A stretch of 64,000 bases of DNA, taken from the NCBI RefSeq assembly GCF_964355755.1, contig NC_092678.1:14472371-14536370 (forward strand), in the 5' to 3' direction. The notes beneath the pieces are model-generated. The model was not told the origin of the DNA and did not search any database. It saw only the letters and a list, made by a program, of their open reading frames with translations. The position numbers and the translations under genes were made by a program. How positions within the stretch are numbered: the first letter of the stretch is position 1; the number at the start of each line of letters is the position of its first letter. This stretch comes from Antedon mediterranea. Taxonomy: Eukaryota; Animalia; Echinodermata. Below are positions 14,742 through 26,710 of the stretch, one piece after another.

Positions 14742-15235
14742 ATCTTTCGGACGATGAGTTTAAACAGTTAATTACATAGTTTGCACAATGGTATGATGAA
14801 CGTGAATTCCTTAACAGACTAAAAGTCCTGTTCAAAGAAATGCTAGGCGATTTTGAAGCGGTGATTAGAGTTACCAGTACAATGGAACTGTTAGCACTGT
14901 TAACTGATTCTGGGTTGTTAAGTCGACACAATCTGGCTGTACTGTATGACACAATACAGATAACTAAACAAAATGGCTTTGAGGACATGGTTAAAAATAA
15001 GCTTCCTTTTTTCAAGGGTTGAGACCCAAACTACATTGTCATTTTCACCACCATAAATCTGTTTAATCTTGGAAAAAGTCTCAGTGACTCAGATGTGAAA
15101 ATTTTTGATGGACGATACAACTTCCCTAACCTAAAGAGGTATGCAGATAATTGGAGTTTGATTTTGGATTTTGAAAAGCGAGGGATCTTGAGTGAAGACA
15201 ACATTGAATTGTTAAAAAATAAATTGGAAAGTTAA
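14742..15235 (+). pseudogene. Terminal exon with a second tandem DED-like pair
   Basis: DLSDDEFKQLIT*FAQWYD...LKVLFKE...ELLALLTDSGLLSRHNLAVL, then NLFNLGKSLSDSDVK...LILDFEKRGILSEDNIELL. Ends at TAA 15233-15235. Confidence 0.65.
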
Positions 15236-15511
15236 ACTAAATGTAGACTTTGTGGTGCTATATTTCAACCATGTGTGCAATTGATATTATTATGTATGCA
15301 CTAGGCCTATACAAATTTACTTATGGGAACATTTCAGTAAATCTCGCGTACCGTAACTGTTATTATTGCGAGATCTGTTGCTGCAGTTGATAAACAAATG
15401 TCCCGTAACCGTTTTAGCCTAAATACTTCAGGTTTTTATGGATTTTTCGTCACTATCGATACGATTCTGCGAACTGTTTGATAATAATACTGTAATAATA
15501 ATAATAACTAA

Positions 15512-16070
15512 GACCCTTTCTCACAGAGCTGTGTGTCAGGAATATTGCGGGAATATACCATTACCATGCCGGTATTGTTTTCTGTGAGAACGGGTCGTCT
15601 TGGCATCATCCCGGCACCATGCCGGCATCGACATGACCTGCTTTAGACCTAGTAATATTACTAGGATTATTCCGTAATGCCGTTATATTGCGGGGTTATA
15701 TTTAATTCCCCGTCGAGGCTTTGACATCTGGCGCGGTATAGTGTATCACTTTGGCGCCGATTCAATTCAATTAACAATAATAATGTCAAACTGGAGGGAT
15801 AATGAGATAAGAGAGCTGCTTGAAATAAGAAGACAAGAAGAAATTTGTAGCATAATCTGGCCATATAGCTCTTGAGTCTTGTTGGTGCCAGACCCTTCGT
15901 CGCCTTGTAAATTGTACAGCCTTCTAATTTGTTTTACAGATTGCCGATGACGGATAATTAATTGCTGTACCTGTATAATGTATGCTCAATATACTGTACT
16001 TAGCATGTATTGCATAAATATGCTATAAAAGAAGATAATAATCGGTAACTTAAAGTTCGCCGCCATATAT
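15512..16070. mobile_element. Internally deleted PIF/Harbinger remnant
   Basis: TAA-flanked end GACCCTTTCTCACAGA with an inverted copy at 15581-15596. Myb/SANT-like start MSNWRDNEIRELLEIR at 15783 (+). Convergent RRRRVW transposase-like start on (-). Confidence 0.5.
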
Positions 16071-16129
16071 ATCGCTAGACAAAAATAAAAACATTAAAGG
16101 ACGCCCTCAATATATATTTTGTACGAGAC

Positions 16130-17428
16130 TTTTTATTGGCCGAATATGCCTTTCAATGATGTGGGTATCAGTGGCTGGATTTCAATAGAGATACAAATAG
16201 AATGAACCAAATGCTAAATTAAAACAGTTTTGTACCCTTCAAAAGAAACTGGTGGTCTTAAAATGCTGCACTAAAAACATTATTTTTGTCAAGCTTTGAA
16301 GACATATTGGATAAAAATATTCCTTAACGACCAACCCATTCCAATATTTTGTTATCAGACATTTTAGCAAAACTTGATATTGATCGATTATATATTTTCA
16401 ATTGTAACTTTTCACCAGGTTCACTAGTAATAGATAAATCCAGTGGATTTTATAAATATGTTTTAAGATCATGGAGTCAGTACAACCATGCAATTTCAGG
16501 TTAATTAAATGAATTCTACTCACAGAGTATTTGGTACAATTCCCACATTAATACCTCATTTTTCAAAGAAGGTTTGAAATTCATGTTTGATGATAATAGA
16601 AAAATATATTCGCTAAAGAAACTACAAAAAAGCAAAGGATTTAAAATACATTTTTATGAATTATTTTAGGATAGTTACGTCTATTCCTAAAAAATGGAAA
16701 CAGATAGAACAGCAAAATACATATGGTAACACTCGTGAAAACAATAAATAAAAAAATTGCGAATTTCGAATCGAATGTATGTATACAAAAATAGGAAGAA
16801 AACTGACATATTAAAGTTTAATTGGAACCTTTATTAATGAGATTGCATATAGTTGTACTATAAATTGTAATTTAAAGGATTTCCAGTTCAAATTTCTTCA
16901 TAAAAGCGTATCAAAACAATTTCCTCTGTAAAATATACTTATTAGATTCACCTACATGTCGATTTTGCAACAAAAAAATTCAAACTTTGACATATTTATT
17001 TTTTGATTTCAACAAAGTTAAATTGTTCGGGGAGTCCTTTAAAGGTTTTAATTGTAAACAATGTTAATATTATATATTTTGGTATCGGAAAATGTCATAG
17101 ATTCGATACATTAAATACACTGATTTTGAAAGCTAAAATATTTATATTCAACTGTAACATTTTCAGAAGACCCACTGTACTTTAACCAATTAAAAGTCAT
17201 TGTTAAAATAAATATTGAAATAGAAAAATAAATTGCTTTTGAACATGATAATATGCATGCATATAACCTAAAATGGAAACATTTAGGAGTATAGTCTGCC
17301 AATTAACTACTCATGATTTGTATAAATTGTTGCTTGATTGTTTTTCTTTGTTTTCTTGTTGAGAACCATTTTTGTTTGTTTTTGTTGCTAGAGCAGATGG
17401 CGTGTTGTGTTTTGCCAATAAAAAAAAC
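16130..17428 (+). mobile_element. Degenerate 3' fragment of an L1/Tx1-type LINE
   Basis: LKDFQFKFLHK and SPTCRFC (zf-RVT-like) remnants, T-rich 3' UTR, and AATAAAAAAAA tail at ~17417. Confidence 0.7.
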
Positions 17429-18259
17429 CAAAACAATATGTTTTGAGTTTTCGTTCAATCTCATCTATCCTTCCCTCTCTATTTTTATTTGAACCAATTT
17501 ATTTATAAACCCTACTTATGTTGAATGGTTCATCAAACCTATACCTATCCAACATGCTTTTGTTTGTTTTTTATTTAAGTTCATACATGATATAAAAGAC
17601 AAACTTGTCTTATACCTTTGTTCATAACAACCATTATTAACATTAATACATTCTACCTAATTGTATAATTTTGTGATCCATTTCCAGAAATAATGTCCAA
17701 CAACAAATTTGTTTAAACTGAAAACATGAATTCACGGCTAATTAAATCACATGATTTGTTAACGGTTAAAATAAAGGCACATCATATCTCCTTCAATATC
17801 CTTTAGCTTGTTTATTATAGAAAGTCCTTAATTAAACTGTAGTTTTCAACTGCACAACGACATTTGATGTACACTTTCTGGTCATAATTTACATGTGACT
17901 TGCTTATAATCTTTATTTAAATTAAAAATGGGATATCGGACTTCAGTTTACATACTTTAAAAAGAAATTAGATTACTACGCTTTTGTGTGTATCTTAATT
18001 CTTCTATTTTTCAACATTAAATTAATGCATTACATATTTGTGATATCAGTCCAAAAGATAGTTCATAGTTCTTTTTGACATTTGTTGCCATCAAAAATGT
18101 TCTGCTCGGACATTTCTACTTTGGCGAGCCAAAGCAAACCCAAATTTGGCCGCCATTTTGAAGTTATGAAAATATCTCTCTCTTTCCAAGTTTAAGTTGG
18201 CTTTTAGAAAATGTAAAACTGATCAGTTAACAGATTAAGGCTGATGATATGGCTAGCGC

Positions 18260-18500
18260 CCTGAAGGGCAAACATTTAGAGAATATCCTGCAAAATGTAA
18301 TTAATTTGATACACATAACTCGATCCTGTTTCTTAATATCATTATCATAATTCATAGAGTTAAAAATCACATGACCCAAGTATTTTATACAGTCAACAAA
18401 TGCAATGTTAGTATGGTTTAGTTTAACACTAGGTATACCTTGTAACTTACGTACACGGGCACATAATAACATACACTTGGATGTTATAGTATAGTACACA
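18260..18500 (-). mobile_element. Non-LTR retrotransposon RT C-terminal fragment
   Basis: FVDCIKYLGHVI...DNDIKKQ motif. Confidence 0.55.
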
Positions 18501-19173
18501 ATATCTTGATTCGTAGCAAAAAGTTGGTTGCTATAGTTCCAATTCTTCTCAGTTTCTTGAGTACAATTAATGTTCACTTCAGTGTAGCCATATGATTTTC
18601 CCCCGCAAAAACACGTAAGGGGAAACTTTTGGTTTTTTGGCATTGTCCCCCGACACCGTCACATTTATTGGCTCCCAAAAATGTCCCCTTAACGGGAGTT
18701 CTACAGTAAAAATCGGGTGGAAAGACAATGAATATGGAGAAGGTATGTGGAGCTAATTTTATGGACACATTGGTAAATGTAAACACATTTTTAAAGATTT
18801 TACTCGACCATAATATTAAAACCTATGTCTTTATTATGATTCGAACAAAAGGCATTCATGGTTTGAATCGTCTTATACACATGTCAACAAACTGTGAACA
18901 CTACCGACTTGTTGGGCGAGATTGTTGTAATTAGCGCAGTTGTGCTAAATTATCTACATGCTCTTTATGCAATGAAACTCATTTAAAATAATTAAGTGAT
19001 TTCATCTCATAAATGAATAACTGTTATTTTTTAGGCCCGTTTTACAGGACGACAAAATCATGTCTATTAAGAACGACGCATGCATTTAAATGAATGATGA
19101 GTTTGAAGTATATGCTGCATGCTCTCATCAACTTAAGTTACAAAACAATAGGCCTGCTGCATGGAACTGCATT

Positions 19174-19680
19174 ATACGATACGATATTATTTATCGTCAT
19201 GTTTAAAAACAAGTAACAAATGATATGTGGTTGGTTGAATACATGGAATTAGACAAACGAATGCAAAACAAAGCGTCGTAACAAGTTATTTTAAAGAGAT
19301 CTTACAAATTTGCTATTAAAGACATGATGGAATATATAAACGAATACTTGTAGACAGCATTTAGTGTTTTGATTCAAAGTGATCAGTCTACCAGTTTGGC
19401 TAAGATTAACAAATGTATTGAGAGGATGATTGGGATCATTGATTACACTTTTTACGATATAATTTATTATGATGGCATACATCAAATAATACTGTTGTAT
19501 TTGCGTGTATTAATTATCTCTGCTTTTATTTTCTTCAACACGAAGATCATCTGTAATGTCCATTATTTATTTTCTTCTTTCATATTTCATATTGACTCTA
19601 ATTTTCAGGTGCCTCTTTTGTGTGCAATTCCTTTTGATATAGTGCAGTGCAGACATGAAACAAAATGCAGTGAACACACA
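19174..19680 (-). mobile_element. Rex1/Babar-like LINE 3' fragment
   Basis: INDPNHPLN C-terminal motif and a short tandem-repeat tail (TACGA)n at 19174-19185. Confidence 0.55.
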
Positions 19681-20901
19681 CTAATTGAAGTACAGTAATG
19701 CTACACAGTAGTCAATGCAATGACATATTTACTAAAAGTCTATTTTATTAAACTAAAGATTCATTTCGGTTTAGTAGTCATGCGAAACCTCTGATAATGA
19801 TCGAGTTCACAAACACAATGGTTCTACACTTTATTTTCTTAAAGCTACAGTTATGCAGAAGAAAGCATACATATGTATGGGATTAGCATTATACTGTTAA
19901 GTTGGATTGTCAAGGAATTATTTGAAAGTTGTTTAACTTCTACTGCTTGTACTGCACTGGTTAGTTTTACCCTGCATTTATTCTAGTATAAATCACATTC
20001 TGAATGTAATGCAGCATACGTTATTGTTGTAACTTTTGGTTTTTTTTTGTATATTTCCCGCCTCTTTTTTAGTATGTATTTCCTCTGTTTCGCCAATAGT
20101 GTATTTATATTTATATAAACACTGCCGTAGTCAAGCTTATTTATGCTTTGATTTCAATTTTATTAATACATTTAATATGTTCAATCCATGTGCAGTTTTA
20201 CAGTTATCGGGACCAATTTTTAATTAATTTAGGGAATGAATATATTACAGTTATTTTAACTTATGTGTTGGCTTTTAATATAGAGTCTATAATGTCAAGT
20301 GTTCTTGTTTATTTTTCGTGCACACCATCTAAAATGAAATTAATTCGTCACTTTTACAAATTATAGATACTTTTTGTAATAAATATAACTTTTCTGACAC
20401 TTTAGGATTGGTTAACTTAGTTAGGTGGCTTCCGGGTACGTGTGCCCTCATTCGGCAGTTTGTTTTCAATCATGCTAAAAAAAAAACTATAGAGGGCGTT
20501 ATCAAATAAGTTGAATATGTATGAAGAGATGACGTCATGTTTGTTGCTTTTTTTATTGTCGTAAATAGCGATGTTGTTTGGTCACAGTGTTTGTCGGCCT
20601 CTCTCCTCCAATTCTCCTCACGTTCATATGTTATTTGTTTAAATATTAATTATTTGTTAACTACATTAGAAAAGGGAATAATAATGACTTCCATAAAAAT
20701 ACCCTAACAACTGAAAAACGGTTTTAACCCAGAAACAAGGCAAACGATCAAAGTACCTGTATTCTATTTATGGTACATCAGTTTATATTGGTAAATGTTA
20801 CGTTGAGCATTTATTCATCATCAACATTAGTTGACATGGTGATAAATGTTAGAAATGTAATTATTGTCTCACACCTTTAAGAAAAGATGTATATTTTAGT
20901 T

Positions 20902-22315
20902 ACAAGATACAAGATACAAGATAACTTTATTGTCAAAATTGTTAACAATTTTGAGATATGTTTTGTACCTGAGTAAAATAAATAATACGATGTGATAACT
21001 ATATAAATAAATACAAATGATACAAGTGACTATCTTGAAAAGTTTTTGTTAAATAAATTGCATGCTATGTACATTGGTGAAAATCTGAAACGGTTTGTGG
21101 ATATGTTGTCCTGTGTCAGTTTAACCCTTTCTGATCTACTTATAATGATGTCTGAATGTAATGGGTAGTATGGGTCTTGCATAACTGTGTCAAATTTCTT
21201 AAGTATGAATATATTAAACATTTCATCTAAAGATTTCACTTCTACACCGATAACTCTGCTGGTCTTGTTTACTAATCTCTGAATTTGACTTTTACTGTTT
21301 ACATTGATATGAGAAAACCAAACAATAATACAATAAGAAATGATTGATTGAACAACAGAGGAATAAAACATATGAATGAGATGAGAACTAACATTAAACC
21401 GTTTCATTTTGTATATAAAGTCTAGTACATTCTCTTATTAGCCTTGGTACGGAGTTCTTTAGTGTTGCTCTCCCGATTTAGTTTATTATCAATTATTAAT
21501 CCCAAGTACTTATGACTTTGTACTATTTCAACAATTTCATTATCGATTTCAATATTTACATGATTAGTTTTATTTTTCCTTCTAAAATCGACAATAACCT
21601 CTTTAGTTTTTTTGGCATTTAGTTCAAGACATTTTTTTTTTACACCAGACTACAAAATGTTCAACATATTCATTTAACAGGGATGTATTATTATTTGAAA
21701 TTAAACCAACTAGGCAAGTATCATCTGCAAACTTAACATTGAATGATTTGCTTGGGTCAATATCACTATAAAAATCAGAATAAAATGAAAAAAGTAAGGG
21801 TGAGAGAACGCATCCCTGTGGTGCACCTGTATTACAAGTTAACTGCTTAGATACAATACCTCTAAACTTAACAATCTGTGTTCTTCCATTTAAGAAATCA
21901 GAAATCCAGTGATTTAATCGTGGATTTATTCCTAACTTTAATAATTTATCTGTAAGTAAATGAGGCTGAATTGCATTGAACGCTGCAGAAAAATCTAAAA
22001 ATAATATTCTAGCATAGTTATTTGGATATTCAAGATGACCATACACCTTTTGCGTGAGCGTCATAACTGCGTCAACTACGCCCCTTTTTTCCCTATAAGC
22101 AAATTGGTTGCTATCAATCATACCCTTTGTCTCATTATTTAATATATGTTTTTATAATTTTCTCAAAGCATTTCATGGGGATGGCTGTTAATGCCACTGG
22201 CCTATAGTCATTGCAAACAGTACATTTATCATTTTGTTGGAATCGGTGTGATAATAGCAGACTTCCAAAGTTGTGGTACATGACATACATCAACCGAACA
22301 CTGAAATAGTGAAAT
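20902..22315 (-). mobile_element. 5'-truncated Rex1/Babar-like LINE
   Basis: RT motifs QFAYR, FLDFSAAFN, GAPQGCVLSPLLF, KFADD. (TATCTTG)n tail at ~20901-20923. Candidate TAGTT TSD; the empty site is visible at 24891-24910. Confidence 0.85.
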
Positions 22316-23491
22316 AGTTTGGCTGGTAGGCCTATTCACTTCCTCATGCATGTATTTGAAAATGTACACAAACTTATAGTCAACTTTATAATTGTATAGT
22401 GTTGTATAGTTTCACTAAATTGGAAACCGGACAGAAAAAAAAAATTGGAATGAAGAAGTGAACGGCATTTGCATAGTCTAGAGCTTTTGCTAGTACATGA
22501 TATATAATCAGTAAACATGATGATTTCAATTCTAGTTTTAAAAATATAATTTATGTAGGGTACTACACAGTAGTCAATACAATGATAGATATTTTACTCA
22601 AAGCCTATTTTATTCAACTAAAGATCAATTCATTTCCGTCTTTTTGGTAGTCATGCGAATAGTTCTTTTGACTTTTGAATGTTAACGACTGAGTTCACAA
22701 TCACAATAGTTCTAAACTTCATTCCTTTAAAGATATGGTTATGCAGAAGAAAGCCTAAAATATGTTTAGGTTTAGTAAACGTATCCATTATACTGTTTGA
22801 GTGCCGTGATAATACACAAGTGGTTTAGCTTTTACTGAGTAGTTTTAACCTACAATTATGTTACATTATTATTCAGTATCTTTTTGGATTTTATTCAGGC
22901 ATGCCCTTCTTGGTATGTATTTTCACTGTTTGGCTTTTGCTTATTTTGGTTTTTGTTTAAATGTTTTAATAACCAATAATGTGGAGCGTCTATTATGTCA
23001 AGTTTCCTTTTTTTATTTCCTCACTTTAAAAATGTATAGGTAATTTTTGTAATAAAAAATAATTTCGTGACATTTTTATACAAAACTAATCTGTAAAAAC
23101 GCAACATGCACGTACGTTAAAGTATGAGAGTAACACGTTGATGTATGCCATTCCATAACAACTGAAAAGAGTTTTAACCTTGAAACAAGACAAGCGATCA
23201 AAGTACCTGTATTCTATTTATTGTACATCTGTTTATATTGGTAAATGTTACGTTGAGAATGTCTTATTCATCATCAACTATTCATCATCAACATTGGTTG
23301 ACATGGTGATATAATGTTATAAATATAATTATTGGCTAACACCTGTAAGAAGATGTATATATTAGTTTGGTTGATAATATGGCTAATATAATAATGTATG
23401 ATACTACACAGTAGTCAATAAAAAGATAGATATTTACTCAAAGACTATTTTAGTCAACTAAAGATTAATTCAGTTCCGTCTTTTTGGTAGT

Positions 23492-24130
23492 TGTAGTGAA
23501 CTTTGTAGAGTTGGTTCCGAGCGTATGCTTTCTCTTGCCTATTAATCCACGAGACCGTACACAGACTAAACGTGATTCCACATACCAAAAGTATACTTTA
23601 TTTAACTAAAACGTTTATTTTTTGTAACTGAGTATTATTACAACTTTCTGTCAGTCTAGACCTTTCTTCTATATACTTTATACATCTTTCTACTATGGTC
23701 ATATTTTCTCTTCTTTAATATCTATAACATTTACTACTTATACTTGACATGGAAATTAGGGGCTTCTGAGGAGGATCAAATGTTGCCTTAAACAATTCCC
23801 CACCAAATTTATACTATTCTGATTGGCTCATAAATTAAGTAGACCTAGTCTGAAAAATCCTTTAAATAACTACATGAAATCAGAAACATAATTATGACAT
23901 TCCCCTTCTTTAGAAAAAGATTGTATCGATCTTTCCAAAAATTTAACATTTAAAACCATTTTACTTTTTTCTACTTTATCATACCATCTCTTTAACATAT
24001 TAAATTGTAGAATTTGTTTTTCTTTTCTCCTATCTCCTATTTATATTTCATAATTTACCTCATTGACCTTTTTAGTCACAGTGAAGGGGCCTTGCCACTT
24101 ACTGTCTAATTTACTATGTCCTGCTTCATG
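23492..24130 (-). mobile_element. Gypsy 3' fragment (integrase GPY/F region, PPT, 3' LTR)
   Basis: SKLDSKWQGPFTVTKKVNEVNYEI on (-). PPT at 23900-23913. LTR TGTAGT...ATGACA at 23492-23899. Confidence 0.75.
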
Positions 24131-26068
24131 CTACATTTTGACAATGCCGTAGTCAAGCTTATTTATGTTTTCATTTCAATTTCATTAATAAATCTAATGT
24201 GTTCAAGCAATGTGCAGTTTTATTATCGGGACCAATGTTTAATTCATTGAGGGAATTATTATATTACATTTTAGCTTGTGTTTTGGCTTTTAATAGAGAG
24301 TCTATTGTCAAGTTTTTTTGTTTGTTTTTTGTGCACACCATCTAAAAAAAATTAATCCATCACTTTCACAAATTATAGATACTTTTTGTGATAAATATAA
24401 TTTTCCTGACACTTCAGGGTTGGTTTACTAAGTTAAGTGGCTTCCGGGTACGCGTGCCCTCATTCGGCAGCATTTTTTTTTTCAATCATGCTAAAAAAAG
24501 AAACTATAGAGGGCGTTATCGAGTCAATTGAATATGAGATGACGTTATGCTTGTTGCTTTTTTATTATCGTGAATAGCGATGTTGTTTTGGTCACATTGT
24601 ATGTCGGCCTCTCTCCTTCAATTCTCTTTACGTTTATATGTTATTTGTTTAAAAATACTGATTAGTTGTTAAATACAGTTTTAGAAAGTGATGGCAAATT
24701 CCCTAACAACTAAGAAAGGGTTTTAACCCTGAAACAAGAAAAATGATCAAAATACCTGTATTCTATTTATTGTAAATCAGTTTATATTGGTAAATGTTAC
24801 GTTGAGCATTTATTCATTATCCACATTAGTTGACATGGTGATAAAATGTTAGACATGTAATTATTGGCTCACACCTTTAAGAAAAGATGTATATTTTAGT
24901 TTGGCTGGTAGGCCTATTCACTCCCTCGTGCATGTATTTGAAAATGTACACAAACTTATAGTCAACTTTATAATTGTATAGTGTTGTATAGTTTCACTAA
25001 ATTGGAAACCCGACCGGACAGAAAAAAAATAATTTTGGAATGAAGAAGTGAACGGCATTTACATAGTCTAGAGCTTTTGCTAGTACATGATATATAATCA
25101 GTAAACATGATGATTTCAATTCTAGTTTTAAAAATATAATTTACGTATAGTACTACACAGTAGTCAATACAATGGTAGCTATTTTACTCAAAGCCTATTT
25201 TATTCAACTAAAGATCAATTTATTTCCGTCTTTTTGGTAGTCATGCGAATAATTCTTTTGACTTTTGAATGTTAACGACCGAGTTCACAATCACGATAGT
25301 CCTACACTTTATATGTTTAAAGCTATGGTTATGTAGAAGAAAGCCTAAAATATGTATAGGTTAAGTAAACGTATCCATTATACTGTTTGAGTGCCGTGAT
25401 AATACACAAGTGGTTTAGCTTTTACTGAGTAGTTTTAACCTACAATTATGTTACATTATTATTCAGTATCTTTTTGGATTTTATTCAGGCATGCCCTTCT
25501 TGGTATGTATTTTCACTATTTGGCTTTTGCTTATTTTGGTTTTTGTTTCAATGTTTTAATAACCAATAATGTGGAGCGTCTATTATGTCAATTTTCCTTT
25601 TTTTATTTCCTCACTTTAAAATGTATAGGTAATTTTTGTAATAAAAAATAATTTCGTGACATTTTTATACAAAAATAATCTGTAAAAACGCAACATGCGC
25701 GTACGTTAAAGTATGAGAGTAACATGTTGATGTATGCCATTCCATAACAACTGAAAAGAGTTTTAACCTTGAAACAAGACAAGCGATCAAAGTACCTGTA
25801 TTCTATTTATTGTACATCTGTTTATATTGGTAAATGTTACGTTGAGAATGTCTTATTCATCATCAACATTGGTTGACATGGTGATATAATGCTATAAATA
25901 TAATTATTGGCTAACACCTGTAAGAAAAGATGTATATATTAGTTTGGTTGATAATATGGCTAATATAATAATGTATGATACTACACAGTAGGCAAAACAA
26001 TGATAGATATTTACTCAAAGCCTATTTTAGTCAACTAAAGATTAATTCATTTCCGTCTTTTTGGTAGT

Positions 26069-26710
26069 TGTAGTGAACTTTGTAGAGTTGGTTCCGAGCG
26101 TTTGCTTTCTCTTGCGTATTAATCCACGAGACCGTACACAGACTAAACGTGATTCCACATACCAAAAGTACACTGTATTTAACTAAAACTTTTATTTCTT
26201 GTAACTGAGTATTAATACAACTTTCTGTCAGTCTAGATCTTTCTTCTCTATAATCTATACATCTTTATACTATAATCTTATTTTCTCTTCTTTAATATGT
26301 ATAACATTTACTACTTATACTTGACATGCGAATTAGGGGCTTCTGAGGAGGATCAAATGTTGCCTAAAAATTCCCCAACAAATTTATACTATTCTGATTG
26401 GCTCATAAATTGAGCAGACCTAGTCTGAAACATCCTTTAAATAACTTTAGGAAATCAGAAACATAATATTATGACATTCCCCTTCTTTAGAAAAAGATTG
26501 TATTAATCTTTTCAAAAATTTAACAGTTAAAACCATTTTACTTATTTCTACTTTATCATACCATCTCTTTAACATATTAAATTGTAGAATTTGTTTTTCG
26601 TTTCTTCTACCCCCTATGTATATTTAATATTTTACATCATTGACCGTTTTAGTCACAGTAAAGGGGCCTTGCCACTTACTGTCTAATTTACTATTTCCTG
26701 CTTCATGCTA
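26069..26710 (-). mobile_element. Duplicate copy of the Gypsy 3' fragment (copied with the tandem unit)
   Basis: Near-identical to 23492-24130 with the same junctions. LTR at 26069-26476. Confidence 0.75.

Larger units (their letters stand above)
597..15235 (+). pseudogene. ROCO-family gene (Roc GTPase-COR plus two tandem DED-like exons); 5' end lies upstream of the window; probable pseudogene
   Basis: GT-AG exons join in frame: 597-742 (IWDYAGQLDYYITHR, Roc G3), 1463-1552, 1679-1870 (PPISLVATHIDK, G4), 2914-3159 (IPLKWLDF, COR start), 4414-4608, 4760-4912 (WKRLEEEGILEEKLLRYLW), 4999-5298 (FLVPCRM), 5578-5673, 5769-5973, 7292-7321, 10814-10927, 11976-12527, 13005-13052, 14145-14174, 14368-14424, 14742-15235. 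In-frame stops at 4474, 12221, 14777 and 15020. Confidence 0.8.

Noticed and set aside
4474-14779. Three in-frame TAG codons in the ROCO gene suggesting stop readthrough or a variant genetic code
   Set aside because: A TGA and a probably scrambled segment also occur at ~15020, TAG terminates the RTE ORF normally, and each TAG is one substitution from a plausible sense codon. Pseudogenisation is simpler.
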